64,000 bases of DNA from assembly GCA_030698625.1 (NCBI GenBank), contig JAUYMS010000021.1, forward strand, positions 6,227 to 70,226, read 5' to 3'. The notes under the pieces were generated by a model that was given only the letters and a program-made list of their open reading frames with translations, did not search any database and had not been told where the DNA came from. Position 1 is the stretch's first letter; each line of letters starts with the position of its first letter. Of the stretch, positions 29,468 through 40,800 are shown one piece after another. This DNA comes from Candidatus Omnitrophota bacterium (GTDB taxonomy: Bacteria > Omnitrophota > Omnitrophia > Omnitrophales > Aquincolibacteriaceae). The position numbers and the translations under genes are program-made.

Positions 29468-32268
29468 AGGCAACCGCCGAACCGGCGCTCTCGTCTGCCT
29501 ACATCGAAGTCTACGGCGCGCGCGAGCATAATCTTAAAAACCTCCGGGTCAAGATTCCGCGAAACAAATTCGTTGTGATTACCGGGCTTTCGGGATCCGG
29601 AAAATCCTCCCTCGCCTTTGATACCATTTATGCGGAAGGACAGCGCCGCTATCTGGAGAGCCTTTCCTCTTATGCCAGGCAGTTCCTGGAAAAAATCAAG
29701 AAACCGGATGTGGACTATATCTCAGGGCTATCGCCAAGCATTGCGATAGAGCAGCGTTCCGCTGCGCACAACCCGCGATCCACCGTTGCGACGGTGACCG
29801 AGATATACGACTACATGAGGCTGCTCTATGCCAAGGCGGGCGACATTTTCTGCCATGAGTGCGGCCGTGCGCTCGCAAGCCAGACGATCGGAGAGATTAC
29901 CTCAGACGTCCTTGATGATTTTTCCGGCACTGAAATCCGGATTTTGGCGCCGGTTGTGCGGGGTCGAAAGGGCGAATTTCAAAAGTTGTTCCAGAGCGTT
30001 TTGAAGAAAGGTTATTCGCGGGCGAGAATTGACGGCGTGATGACTGCCCTTAAGCCTGAACTGAAGCTTCGCAAGATGCACCGTCACGACGTTGAAGTGC
30101 TTGTCGATCACCTGTGCGCTGTGCGGGATTCCCATAAGCGCCTCCATGCTTCGATTACCGCGGCCACGGAACTGGCAGAGGGAAGCGTCATGATTCTGCC
30201 GGCAGCGACGAAGAAGCAGAGTAAGGAACGGCTTTTTTCGACGCGGCGCAGTTGTCCAGACTGCCAGATCAGTTACCCTGAGTTGACCCCGAATATGTTT
30301 TCCTTCAACAGTCCCTATGGTGCATGTCAGCGCTGCAAAGGCTTGGGTAAATATTCTCAGATACTTATCAAGGGTGTGGTCTCCGACGATTCAAAGCCGC
30401 TCATGAAAGGTGCGCTCAACGAAGAGGTGTTCTTTTCGTTTAATAAGTATTTCATTGAAGACCTTCTTTATGACCTTACGCAGAAGTATCATTTTGAATG
30501 GAGTCGTCCGCTTGCCGATTGGCCCGCAGAAGCCCGGGAAGCCTTCTTTTGGGGCGATGAGGAGCTCTCCGGATTCATGGGAGAACTGGAGCGGCTTTTT
30601 CATGAAACCAGTTCGGACGAAGTGCGGCGCAAAGTACGAAAATTCCTCCGTGAGGATCAGTGCCCGGATTGCCTGGGAAAACGACTGGCCAAGCAGAGTA
30701 TCGGTGTACGCGTTCAGGGGAAGAATATTGTTGAGGCCACCGAACAATCCGTAGACGAAGCGGTCGATTACTTCGACAAACTCAAATTTAGTGACAAACG
30801 AAAACCTATCACGGAACCTATTTTGAAAGAGGTGCGCGAACGGTTGCGGTTTCTGAAGAATGTGGGGCTTGGTTATCTCACTTTGGACCGGTCGGTGACG
30901 ACTCTGGCCGGCGGTGAAATACAGCGTATCCGCCTTGCGGCGCAGATCGGCGTCGGCCTGACCGGCGTTTTGTATGTGCTTGATGAACCAAGTATCGGCT
31001 TACATCCGCGAGACCACAGCAAATTACTCGACACGCTTACCCGGCTTCGTGATTTGCGCAATACCGTGCTGGTCGTGGAACACGACGCGGAGACCATGCG
31101 CCGGGCCGACTACGTCATCGATCTAGGGCCCGGAGCGGGACGTGCGGGCGGCACACTTGTGGCCGAAGGGGCACCTGAGGTTCTCGAGAAGGATGAGAAA
31201 TCTTTAACGGCTAAATACCTATCGGGTAGAGCGAGTATCCCCGTGCCGGCCTCGCGAAGTGATTGGCGCGGCCGACCCGTCATTCAATTGAAAGGTTGCA
31301 GCGAACACAACCTGAAGAATGTGACTGTCAGCATTCCGCTGGGGTTGTTTATATGCGTGACGGGAGTCTCGGGTTCCGGTAAAAGCACCCTTATCTACGA
31401 CACCCTGTATAAAGAGTTACACAATCGTTTATGGAAAACCGGATACCGGGTCGGCCGCTTTAAAAAAATGCTGGGCGCAGAGGCGGTCGACAAGATAATC
31501 GCCATAGATCAGTCACCGATCGGACGGACGCCGAGGTCGAACCCCGCGACATACACGGACTTGTTCGGTTTAATCCGCAAATTATTTAGTGAGTTGGCCG
31601 AATCAAAATTGCGCCGCTACTCGCTTTCACGCTTTAGCTTTAATCTCAAAGGCGGCCGTTGCGAAATTTGTAGAGGCGAAGGTTACGAAAAACTGCAAAT
31701 GAGTTTCATGCCTGACATCTATGTCTTATGTGAGACTTGCCGGGGAAAGCGCTATAACGAACAGACGCTTGAAGTCCGATACCGGGGTAAAAACATTGCT
31801 GAAATCCTGGATATGACCGTTGAAGAGGCCGTGGACTTTTTTTCGCATATTTCAACGATACAGACCCGTTTAGTCCTTTTAAAGACAATCGGCCTCGGCT
31901 ATGTCAAGTTAGGACAACCGTCCACTACGTTGTCAGGCGGTGAGGCGCAGCGCATTAAGATCGGTACGGAACTCAGCAAGAAGACGACGGGGAAGACGAT
32001 GATTCTGCTCGACGAGCCTACGACGGGGCTTCATTTTGCGGATATTGAAAATCTCCTGACGGCCCTTTTCCAACTACGGGATCAGGGCAATACCGTCATC
32101 GTCATAGAGCATAATTTGGATGTCATCAAGACGGCTGACTATGTCATCGATCTGGGGCCGGAGGGGGGCGCCGGAGGCGGGAAGCTCATTGCCTGCGGGA
32201 CGCCCGAAGAAGTGGCGTCCACCAAGGGATCTGCCACCGGGGCTTATCTTAGCGACGTTTTGAAATAA
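29464..32268 (+). CDS. uvrA: excinuclease ABC subunit A
   Basis: [35 protein letters not shown]. Two ABC ATPase modules and zinc fingers. ATGA overlap with the upstream gene. Confidence 0.95.
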   Translation: MKATAEPALSSAYIEVYGAREHNLKNLRVKIPRNKFVVITGLSGSGKSSLAFDTIYAEGQRRYLESLSSYARQFLEKIKKPDVDYISGLSPSIAIEQRSAAHNPRSTVATVTEIYDYMRLLYAKAGDIFCHECGRALASQTIGEITSDVLDDFSGTEIRILAPVVRGRKGEFQKLFQSVLKKGYSRARIDGVMTALKPELKLRKMHRHDVEVLVDHLCAVRDSHKRLHASITAATELAEGSVMILPAATKKQSKERLFSTRRSCPDCQISYPELTPNMFSFNSPYGACQRCKGLGKYSQILIKGVVSDDSKPLMKGALNEEVFFSFNKYFIEDLLYDLTQKYHFEWSRPLADWPAEAREAFFWGDEELSGFMGELERLFHETSSDEVRRKVRKFLREDQCPDCLGKRLAKQSIGVRVQGKNIVEATEQSVDEAVDYFDKLKFSDKRKPITEPILKEVRERLRFLKNVGLGYLTLDRSVTTLAGGEIQRIRLAAQIGVGLTGVLYVLDEPSIGLHPRDHSKLLDTLTRLRDLRNTVLVVEHDAETMRRADYVIDLGPGAGRAGGTLVAEGAPEVLEKDEKSLTAKYLSGRASIPVPASRSDWRGRPVIQLKGCSEHNLKNVTVSIPLGLFICVTGVSGSGKSTLIYDTLYKELHNRLWKTGYRVGRFKKMLGAEAVDKIIAIDQSPIGRTPRSNPATYTDLFGLIRKLFSELAESKLRRYSLSRFSFNLKGGRCEICRGEGYEKLQMSFMPDIYVLCETCRGKRYNEQTLEVRYRGKNIAEILDMTVEEAVDFFSHISTIQTRLVLLKTIGLGYVKLGQPSTTLSGGEAQRIKIGTELSKKTTGKTMILLDEPTTGLHFADIENLLTALFQLRDQGNTVIVIEHNLDVIKTADYVIDLGPEGGAGGGKLIACGTPEEVASTKGSATGAYLSDVLK

Positions 32269-32366
32269 GTTGAAAGGGCTGCTTTGATCTGTTATATTCG
32301 TGCCCGGTCTGAGCTCTAACAATAGTAACTTCCGAGACTTAAGCAAACGTTTTTTAAGGAGAAGGC

Positions 32367-32588
32367 ATGATCAGTATCACGGAAATTGGCATCGCCGCAG
32401 GGGATATATGGCACTATCTGGACGAAAACGGTGAAGCCACTCTAGATCAGTTGGAAAAAAAGATTGCCAAGAAGCGTGAGCTCATCCTGATGAGTCTCGG
32501 ATGGCTGGCCCGTGAAGGCCATGTCACAATCGGTAACCCTGAAGCTGGTTTTCCCGCTAAACTCGCAAAACGTCAACCTCAACTATAG
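32367..32588 (+). CDS. hypothetical small protein (possible winged-helix)
   Basis: 73-aa ORF with AAGGAGAAGG RBS 6 nt upstream. Confidence 0.35.
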   Translation: MISITEIGIAAGDIWHYLDENGEATLDQLEKKIAKKRELILMSLGWLAREGHVTIGNPEAGFPAKLAKRQPQL

Positions 32589-32607
32589 TTCCTAACCCTT
32601 CCTCATT

Positions 32608-32925
32608 TTGTCAGCCATTCTAGTTCTGACAACCGTTCCCAATCGCAAAGAGGCACGTAAAATTGCCGATCGGGTGCTGTCCGCCCGCGTTGCCGCCTGC
32701 GTCAATATCCTTTCTGGGATCGAGTCGCATTACTGGTGGCAGGGCAAGAAGGAAAAGGCGGGAGAGGTGGCGCTGCTTATCAAGACACGCAAGTCCCTTT
32801 ACAAGCAACTGGAAAAAGTGATTTTAAAAGTGCACTCCTATGGTACTCCAGAGATCATTGCATTCCCGATTTCAAATGGGAATCCTGCCTATCTAAAATG
32901 GCTCAGAAGTGAGACTAAGTCTTAG
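32608..32925 (+). CDS. cutA: divalent-cation tolerance protein CutA
   Basis: ILVLTTVPNRKEARKIADRVLSARVAACVNIL...SHYWWQGK...EVALLIKT...YGTPEIIAFPI. Confidence 0.85.
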   Translation: MSAILVLTTVPNRKEARKIADRVLSARVAACVNILSGIESHYWWQGKKEKAGEVALLIKTRKSLYKQLEKVILKVHSYGTPEIIAFPISNGNPAYLKWLRSETKS

Positions 32926-32945
32926 ATTCTAAGTCTATTCTGCAA

Positions 32946-33410
32946 GGACGGCCAGGAAACACTCCTCCGCAGGTTCCGACAGCGTTGTTCTCACCTCTCG
33001 GGTTGCGCCCACCGGGAGACGCTTCGCGAGGCAAAAACAAGTCTGTCCGAAACGCTACGGATTTCTTGGCCTATCCTGCCCATCAAAGTCCTGCCGAAAA
33101 CCGGTGACTTTGATACACGCCGATACGGCCAGCGAGCTCCTCCGCATGTTTCTGACAGCCTTGTTTTCACCTCGCAGGCCTGGGATGTTTGCGGCGAAAG
33201 GAAGGACGGCCAGGGGATACTCCGGAAAAACAATTAGCGCTGTTTGCGGAGACGAGGTGATAAATTTTTGGGGCGACAGTCCCAAAAATTAACTCCGAGC
33301 GCAGCAGCGCGTTTTGGAGGAGTGTTTCCTGGCCGTCCCGCGCTAGCGTTTCGGACGGACTCTTTTTTACCGCGTAGCGCGCGTCAGAGGAGTGTTTTCG
33401 GTTCGTCCTT
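32946..33410. repeat. MITE-like element copy B (composite or nested; 23-bp perfect terminal inverted repeats)
   Basis: Terminal inverted repeats GGACGGCCAGGAAACACTCCTCC (32946-32968) and GGAGGAGTGTTTCCTGGCCGTCC (33316-33338). The inner 33133-33334 is homologous to the copy A core. Extra 12-bp inverted repeat gtccgaaacgct (33045-33056) / agcgtttcggac (33345-33356). A further repeat-end-like gaggagtgttttcgg sits near 33388. Confidence 0.6.
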
Positions 33411-33447
33411 CGGTGAGTGAAGGAGAAATACCTCTATGAGGGCGATG

Positions 33448-34005
33448 CTAGATCTTCGAGGGTGAAACCGTAACGAGGGTTCGTGCGGGTTTATCTTGCG
33501 GATTGCTGAGCTTGTGCGGAAAAGACGCATCAAAGTAAAGCGTTTCACCCGTCTTCAATGTGAATTCCTGCTGATCAACCCGGACTTTAACTTCCCCTTC
33601 CAACTGATAGAGAAATTTTTCCACACCGCGTTCCTGACTTTCCAATGAGGTCTCGGCATTCCTGGAAAGAGTGATTAAAAGCGGAGTGATCTTTTTCTTT
33701 GAGCTTTCTGCCGTGAGCAGCTCAATCTGAACCCCTTTTTCCTGATGATGCGCCCTTCGCTCTGCGTCCTTTTGGAGGTGGGCTGTTTGTTCATAACGGG
33801 AGTCAATGCCTGTGTAGAGGTCCGCCAAGCCTATTCCGAGGACTTCCGAGATGAGTTCATGACTTTCGATGGTGCCCGTCATCACGCCAGTCTCAATCCG
33901 GGATAGCGTAGCCTGCGCAATCTTGGTCCTTTTGGAGAGCTCCACGAGGGTAATTCCCTTGTCTTTGCGCAGGGTTCGAAGGCGTTTTCCGAGGTTTTTC
34001 AGCAT
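33448..34005 (-). CDS. XRE-family HTH transcriptional regulator with C-terminal cupin domain
   Basis: HTH_3: LRKDKGITLVELSKRTKIAQATLSRIETG. Cupin: GEVKVRVDQQEFTLKTGETLYFDASFPHKLSNP. Confidence 0.8.
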   Translation of the reverse strand: MLKNLGKRLRTLRKDKGITLVELSKRTKIAQATLSRIETGVMTGTIESHELISEVLGIGLADLYTGIDSRYEQTAHLQKDAERRAHHQEKGVQIELLTAESSKKKITPLLITLSRNAETSLESQERGVEKFLYQLEGEVKVRVDQQEFTLKTGETLYFDASFPHKLSNPQDKPARTLVTVSPSKI

Positions 34006-34090
34006 GAATCATGATAATCAGGGAATCGGGATTATTCAAGGGCATTATGATAAAGTTGCAATTTATGTATGCGTAATAGCAAAATATTAA

Positions 34091-34119
34091 TTGACAAATA
34101 ATTATATTATGGGTATTCT
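34091..34119 (+). promoter_or_regulatory. putative sigma70 promoter for comEA: TTGACA-N17-TATTCT
   Basis: -35 TTGACA at 34091-34096. 17-nt spacer. -10 TATTCT at 34114-34119, in the AT-rich divergent gap. Confidence 0.4.
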
Positions 34120-34150
34120 CCACCTAATTCTAAATAAGGAGGTGAAGCCA

Positions 34151-34471
34151 ATGCAAAACGTATTAACCAGATCAAGGTGGTTCCAGGCTTTCCTGGTACT
34201 GACCCTTCTTCTTGGCGGTACTTCGCTACTCCCGACCCCTTGGGCCTACGGGGCTCCCGTGAATACGTCTCAGAACGCAGGTCAAATCAGCGTGAATGAG
34301 GCGAATTTTGAGGAACTCCAGGCCATACAAGGCGTTGGGCCGGCCGTTGCACGCCGGATTATTGAGTACCGTGAAGCAAACGGGCCATTTAGGCTCCTTG
34401 GAGATTTGACCCTGGTCCGCGGAATAGGAACGGTCAAGTTTCTTCAGATCAAACCACAAATCAGGTTATAA
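34151..34471 (+). CDS. comEA: ComEA-like helix-hairpin-helix DNA-binding protein
   Basis: AAGGAGGTG RBS 6 nt before ATG 34151. Signal/TM segment WFQAFLVLTLLLGG. HhH region ELQAIQGVGPAVARRIIEYREANGPFRLLGDLTLVRGIG. Confidence 0.8.
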   Translation: MQNVLTRSRWFQAFLVLTLLLGGTSLLPTPWAYGAPVNTSQNAGQISVNEANFEELQAIQGVGPAVARRIIEYREANGPFRLLGDLTLVRGIGTVKFLQIKPQIRL

Positions 34472-34508
34472 CAACAACCGAGGAAGCAAAATCGAGGTTT
34501 GACAGGAC

Positions 34509-34544
34509 AAAACCCCCGCCTCACCGGCGGGGGTTTTGTATTTG
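34509..34544 (+). terminator. rho-independent terminator after comEA
   Basis: Stem cccccgcc (34513-34520) / ggcggggg (34526-34533), 5-nt loop, then ttttgtattt. A-run on the 5' side means it may act bidirectionally. Confidence 0.6.
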
Positions 34545-34680
34545 CAATGTATAGCATGAGCTAGAGCATACAAGTTTAATTCCGCATCTGTTTGTATTCA
34601 CGCCTAAGGCCGCGCAACTTTCCGTAAGTCGTTTGTAAATCAAGTACTTACAAGCTAACCTTTACGACACACTAGATTTT

Positions 34681-34709
34681 TTGAAAGTTACCTGAAAGAC
34701 CAGGATAAC
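34681..34709 (+). promoter_or_regulatory. candidate promoter of the giant gene: TTGAAA-N17-GATAAC
   Basis: -35 TTGAAA at 34681-34686. 17-nt spacer. Weak -10 GATAAC at 34704-34709. Located in a ~220-bp AT-richer leader. Confidence 0.3.
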
Positions 34710-34716
34710 GTCAAGC

Positions 34717-34735
34717 GAATGCAAGACTTGCATTC
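34717..34735. promoter_or_regulatory. perfect 9-bp inverted repeat GAATGCAAG-a-CTTGCATTC (operator-like)
   Basis: Read directly from sequence. It sits between the candidate -10 and the RBS (AGGAGAAG 34742-34749) of the giant gene. Confidence 0.35.
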
Positions 34736-34768
34736 ATTTTTAGGAGAAGACCACACCTTCAAGAAAAA

Positions 34769-34846
34769 ATGAAATCGAGACGTCTACTAAAACTCATAGC
34801 CATTGTCACATCACTTTGTTTTCTCTGTGAGCAAACCTTGTATGCC
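34769..34846 (+). other. signal-peptide-like N-terminus of giant protein (MKSRRLLKLIAIVTSLCFLCEQTLYA)
   Basis: Basic n-region, hydrophobic core, A-x-A-like end. Read from sequence. Confidence 0.5.
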
Positions 34847-37800
34847 GATATGGCAGCGAGCGTTCACCGCTTTGCGAATGCTAGCAAAACAGAATTCGAT
34901 ATCCCTGCATCAATTCAGGCGACGCTTCCGTCCGAGCTAGGGTTTGTTGAGGAAGTCTGGATTCCCGCGGAGTCCCCTGAACAATTCCGTTCTGTCGTTC
35001 TGATTCAGGATGCCCACGGGCAGTACGGTGCCCAGAAGAATATCGAAGGAGTTCTCGAGTTTCTTCGCGAAAAATACAAGCTCTCTGCGATTTTCATCGA
35101 GGGAGGTGCAGGGCGCCTCGAACCGGAACGCTTAAGATTTTTTCAAGAAGACGAGTTCAACCGCGAAGCTGCCGATCTTTTGACTCGCGAATCCGAGATC
35201 GGCGGCCCTGAGATCTTTCTCCTACTTGACTCGATCGCAAGACGAAAACCCGTTCCGGCTTTTGGCGCTGAAGTTCCGGATCTTTACCTCGACAACCTCG
35301 AAGCTTACCGTGCCGTCATGGCTCGCAAGGAAACCACCGATCGATTCCTCGAAAACGAAATTTCTACACTTGTCTCCGACTGCTCCCGGATCTTCAGGCC
35401 TGAGCTGCAGAAGTTTTTCAAGAATTGGCTTCTCTACGAACGGGAAGAAGTCGATTTTAACCATTATTTGGATGTGATGACTAAGCAGGCTCAAGAGAGT
35501 CTCGGCGTGGACCTCAGAGATCCTCGCGAACAGATCGAATGGCCGATGCTCGTGCGTCTGGCTGAAGTGAGAGCCAGAGAGAAGGGGCTCGATTACGAAA
35601 AAGCGAATCAAGACCGGCTGCGTTTGCTTGAGTGGAGTCGGGATAATCAGATCGATAACTCTCTTAGTGGATTCCTCGAAGCGGAGATGAGGAAGGAAAT
35701 TCAGGACAGGCGCTCTTTCTGGGAGCTTTTTTATGCCGAAGCCAATCCGAAGGGGTTTGAGTTCGGTGAGTACCGTGACTTGGCTCTCTCGGAAGGGTTC
35801 CATATTCTGCGGAGTGAAATCGATTCCAAAAGACTCTTTCGCGAGATCGATCTTCTTCGTGACCGTACGCTCGTGGCGTTGGCCACCGATGCGGCCGAAC
35901 ATGAGCTCGTGAACCGGTTTCGTACCCACCTGCTCCTAAGAAAACTCTTCAAACTCGAACTCAGCCGTGAAGAGTTTGATCTGCTTAAAGATTCGGCCTC
36001 CGGCACCGTCATGGCTTCTAGTGAAGTTGAGGAAGTCTATGCGGACGCTCTTAGATTTTACCAACTGGCTCGCCGACGCGAAGACGCCATGGTCGAACAG
36101 ATTTTTAAACAACTGCAGGATGACAGCAGTCTCAAAAACATCGCACTTGTCGCCGGCGGGTTTCATACCCAGGGGCTCACGTCGCTTCTGAGAAAATCCA
36201 GAGTCCCTCATGCCGTTGTTAGCCCTCATATCCGGGAAATAGAAGATCACGACAAATACCGCGCCTCACTCATGGGCGAAGCGCCTGTCCTGGATCTGGA
36301 GCAGTATCACTTGCGCGGAATCAACTTTATCGTCGCCGACGGCGTATGGAACGGCCGTCTTCCTCAGGATGTTCGTGATCGCCGCGCCGCGGTTGTTAAA
36401 GCCGTTATTGCCAGCGTACTTGCACGCGGGGCGACACTTTTGAGTGGGCCCAAAAGGTCGGAACTGCGTGCTTCCGAACCGACTCCCGCAGCAATGGAAG
36501 CCGCCCGGCAAATGTACGATCTTGTTAGTGCTGACTTCGTCGCGACGCGTGCCATGCTCGCAACCGTTCGTGACGGAAATGTGCCGGCGATGTCAATCGT
36601 CGCCATGCGACTTCTTGACATTGCTCTTGAGGAGTTTCCCGCTACGCGGGCCGTCGACAATCTCGGTGCCTTGGGATCTTATCTGGCCAGCTTAAAACGG
36701 TCGGCACGGTCCGAGCTCAGGACGTCTTCGGGGCGTAGAAGGACCCATCGCGTTTCCGTGAAACCCGATCTGACCTATTCCGTGGAAATGGTCGAAGACC
36801 TCTTGGATCCAAAGAATCAAATCCTTAAGGAGGAAATCAGCAATAGAAAGACCTTGGTCGTACTGGATCGCGGCATAGGCGAAAGGCAAATAGCAAAGGT
36901 TAAAGATTACTTCAGGGAATCCAAAATCAGGGCTGCCTTTGTCGAACTCGAAGGTGGAGAGGCCGTCAAAGACGGAGAAGAAGGGAGAAAGAACATAGAC
37001 TTAATAGCGCGTAAAGCGGAGGCATTCGAGTTGGACCGTAAAGCGGTCATTGTGATAGTCGGAGGCGGTGCCGTGCTGGACGTGGCGGGGCTTGCGGCAA
37101 GCCAACTTCATCGCGGCGTTCCCTATATTCGCATTCCGACTACATTGCTGGCCCAAATCGATGCCGGAATTGGCGTTAAGACCGGTATCAATTACTTTGA
37201 TCAGAAGAATTTTTATGGGACCTTTTATCCGCCTCAGTCGGTATTGGTGGACCCGCAACTCTTAGCTTCCCTCGACGAACGGCAAATGCGCTCGGGCCTG
37301 GCCGAAGCCGTGAAAGTCGCGCTCATGAAAGATTCCCGCTATTTTGACTTGCTCGAGCGAGGTTATGAGGACGTTTTGGGTAAGAATTTCAGCGGTGATA
37401 GTGCGGCGCTCGATATCATGTGGCGCTCCATCATCCTGCATCTCGAGCAAATCAAGACCGACCCCTTTGAAACTAAACTCACCCGGCCGCTCGACTACGG
37501 CCACGAATACGGGCATCGCTGGGAAAGGGTAACGCTCGAGAAATTCGGGAAATTCGGCGAGGCGCACGTCGCGACCCACGGCGAGGGCGTATGGTTCGGC
37601 ATGGCGATAGACACGGTGATTTCCTGGCAGCGGGGTTATATTACCGCCGCACAGCGCGATCGCGTCCTCAACCTCATAGATGCCATTGGTTATAACAACA
37701 CTGCGGTCGGTGCGATTCCTACCTATGACTCCCGTGCTACGGTCAACGCCCTTTGGCCGGGCGTGGAAAGTTTTCGCAGGCATCTAGGCGGCAAACTCAC

Positions 37801-40800
37801 GATATCTCTGCTGGCCGCTATCGGCGAGAAAAAAGACGTCACGCAACTGCATAAGGCAGCGCTGGGTAATGCCCTGCGTTTTCTGAAGAAACGCGCCGCG
37901 GTACGGTCCGAGCTGCGCAACGGGAATAAATTGGTTTTTGCGGGCCACAAATTGACCGAAGCCGATTTGCCCGATCCTGACGCATTCCGGATTTTGTTCG
38001 GAGAGGCGGGCGAAAAGGTTGATGCGGGGCTCGACCTCCCGCAGCGCTCGGAGCTGCGCTCGACTGGCTCGACTTCCGACGAGTTTGCCAAAGAGGAAAA
38101 CTTTCTCAGGACCGAGGCCATGATTGCCCATTTGTATACGGGGCGTGTCATCGAGTCATTGAGCCGAAACCAGATTCCCACGTGGATCACCGGTTTTTTT
38201 CATGACAAGGTTGTTAACGGCAAGAAAAGAGAATCCGTCCTGACAGCGGCGAGGCGGTATTTTCGGCGCAACCTGGCCAGGGGCGTTGCATCTGTGTTAG
38301 GGTTGACGGGCTACTGGGGAGCGATCAAATCGACTGCGGCCGACCGGTATATTTTTTGGCTCGACAACGACGAAGAGCTGCAAGCCTCGGGCATGGAGCC
38401 CGTTCTTATTCACGGTGATGATTACCGCATGGACAAGATACCGTTGAGTGAAGCGCCTTCCGACATCCGCGAGCAGTTTGAAACCCTTCAGCATGCGATG
38501 ATTTTGGCGGAGCGCTTGAAGTTGGAAGACGCCGACAACCCCGAGGGAGATGCCATTGCCCAGGGAATCAGGCAGTCCTACCGCGAATTCTCAAGACGCC
38601 TCTACGACCTCGGACTGCGCATTTACGATCTGCATGAAGGTAAGGTCGGGCTGGAATTGGAACAGGTCTTCGATTTCCGCCGCCTTGCCCACCTCATGCT
38701 TGCACTCAAGGGCAAAATTCACAGCACCTATGACCGCGGCCTCATGACCGAAGCGGAATACCGTGAAGCGCATTACCGCCCGATCGCCGATTCGCGGACC
38801 CGCAAGCTTCACCGTATCGCGCTGGGTGAGAACGGCCGGCCGCGCTATCTCCTGGGCCTGGCGCATCCGATTTATGCGGAAATCGTCGAAAACGGCGGAG
38901 GGGCGGCCGTATTAGAATTTCGCCGCCAGACAGAAAGCGGCAAAATTGAAGAAGTCTCGCTTAATGAAATCGACGACAAGACGGAGTTCTTCGAACGTGA
39001 CGTGGCGCTCGACCCCGAAGTAGACGTTCGCGCTGACGGTAGCCGCCGCTACCGCCTGCATTTCGGCCGGGAGATGCGCTATGAAGAAGACTCGCATATC
39101 GATCTTATCCTTTCGGCGGACGGCACAAAGCTAACGATTGAATACGAACAAGGGGAGCCCGCTCTTTACGTCTCTATTCCTTTAACGAAATGGCGCATTC
39201 GGAACCGTTTCGTGGTGGGGGCTGCGGTTGCGCTGCGGCACTGGACCCGGGGGTGGATCAATCTTGTGCGTAGTACGCCGACCGGTCTCGAGCCCGTGGC
39301 CCTCAAACATTATGACTTTCCGGCCAAAGTGTTGATCCGCCACAAGCCGACGCCCACCAAGCTGTATTTTGTCGAGTCTCTCCTGCTCCCGTTGCTCAGT
39401 GACGAGTACCCCGAAATTCGTTATCCCGGTGTCTACGACGATCTGGTGTTCAACAGCGGTAATTTCTGGGTACGGCTGCTGCGTGTGATGCACCGCGCTG
39501 AGGCAGCGGAACCGGGCCGGAAGGGCCCGCTGGAAGATGTCAAAAACATGCGCACGGAACGCCACTTTGTGCTCGAGGACGGCCGTCTCCAAGAGCGAGC
39601 CGGCGAATCGCGAGTCGTCTTGAGCACCCACAGCCGCATCGAAGAGCTTTTCCGCTTGTGGCTTTACGATTACCTGAACGAAGTCGAAGCGGCAGACACT
39701 ATTGAGGAGGAATTTGCGATGGATTCGCGCGCCCTGGATTCTGAGCTCAACGATGTGCTCCGCCGGACCATCGAAGAAAAGATCCGAAAAGCCGGGCTTG
39801 AGCTAAATGCGACCATTCATTCCGTCAACGGCGTTCAGGCGGCAGAGGTCGGCGATCTCCTGATCAAATTTATGCGCGTTCCCAAAGAAGAAGGCGTTTA
39901 TGAATTGAGTCCGGCCTTGCAGCGATTCTATGAGGAGCGTATCAAGCCGGGGGCTGGAATGGAGTTCATCGCAGGCTCGCTTGTTGATCTGTCGGGGCTT
40001 GGGCCCATCAGGCTCCGGGATGAAGACGGGCAGGAGCAGACCATTCGGCTGGGGACTGTGCTCGTGCAGCCGCGGGCCATGAGCCTGCGCGAATTTCTTT
40101 GGCGTCTCGACGAGGGGATCGAGCAGGCGCGCGCCTTCGCCGACGGGGACCGCGAACGGGACTACATGCGCTTGGCCGAGTCTTTGCTCGAGCAATCGAT
40201 TCGAGACGATATCGCGCTGGGGCGGCAAGGCCTTGTCAACACCCGGCCGCACCGCAACTTCCATCAAAAGGACGTCTTTACGCGGCACGGAACGGCCATG
40301 CCGTTTCATGCGTCACTCAGCAGTTTGAGTGTCCGCATGGAAGATTACGATCCGGCGGGCTATTACCGGGTTCTCGATGATACGTCCGGAGGGAAGTCCG
40401 TTGTTCCGCCGCGTTTTCAAGCCACCTATCGCAAGCTGCTCGACCGGTTGCTGCCGAGTAAGAAACGGTTTGAGAGGCGTATTTTCGGCAGGAATCCCGA
40501 GAAACACCGTGTCTCGCGCACGATAGACTGGGAAATCGCCCGCGCTGCCATCAACTACATCGCAGAGCGTATGCTTCCCGTGAAGTTCCGTCTCCTGCGC
40601 GAGCGTCAGATCGAGCCGCTATTGGCCTCCGATAATGCGCTTGCGGAATTTAAGGGCGTTTCGTTTGAAACGGCGCGGAAGCGGCTGCTCGCTTATGTGT
40701 TTATGGTTAAAGAAACGCTTGCCTACGGAAAGACAGCTCACTATGCCGCTCTTGAAGACGCCTATGTCGACCTGCTCGGGGATCCCGCTGCGACGACCGG

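Noticed and set aside
37500-37520. HEYGH (HExxH) in the giant protein as a possible zinc-metalloprotease active site
   Set aside because: It lies in the DHQS-like domain, at the position of the conserved metal-binding His pair (GHTFGHAIE in AroB). It is not a protease motif.
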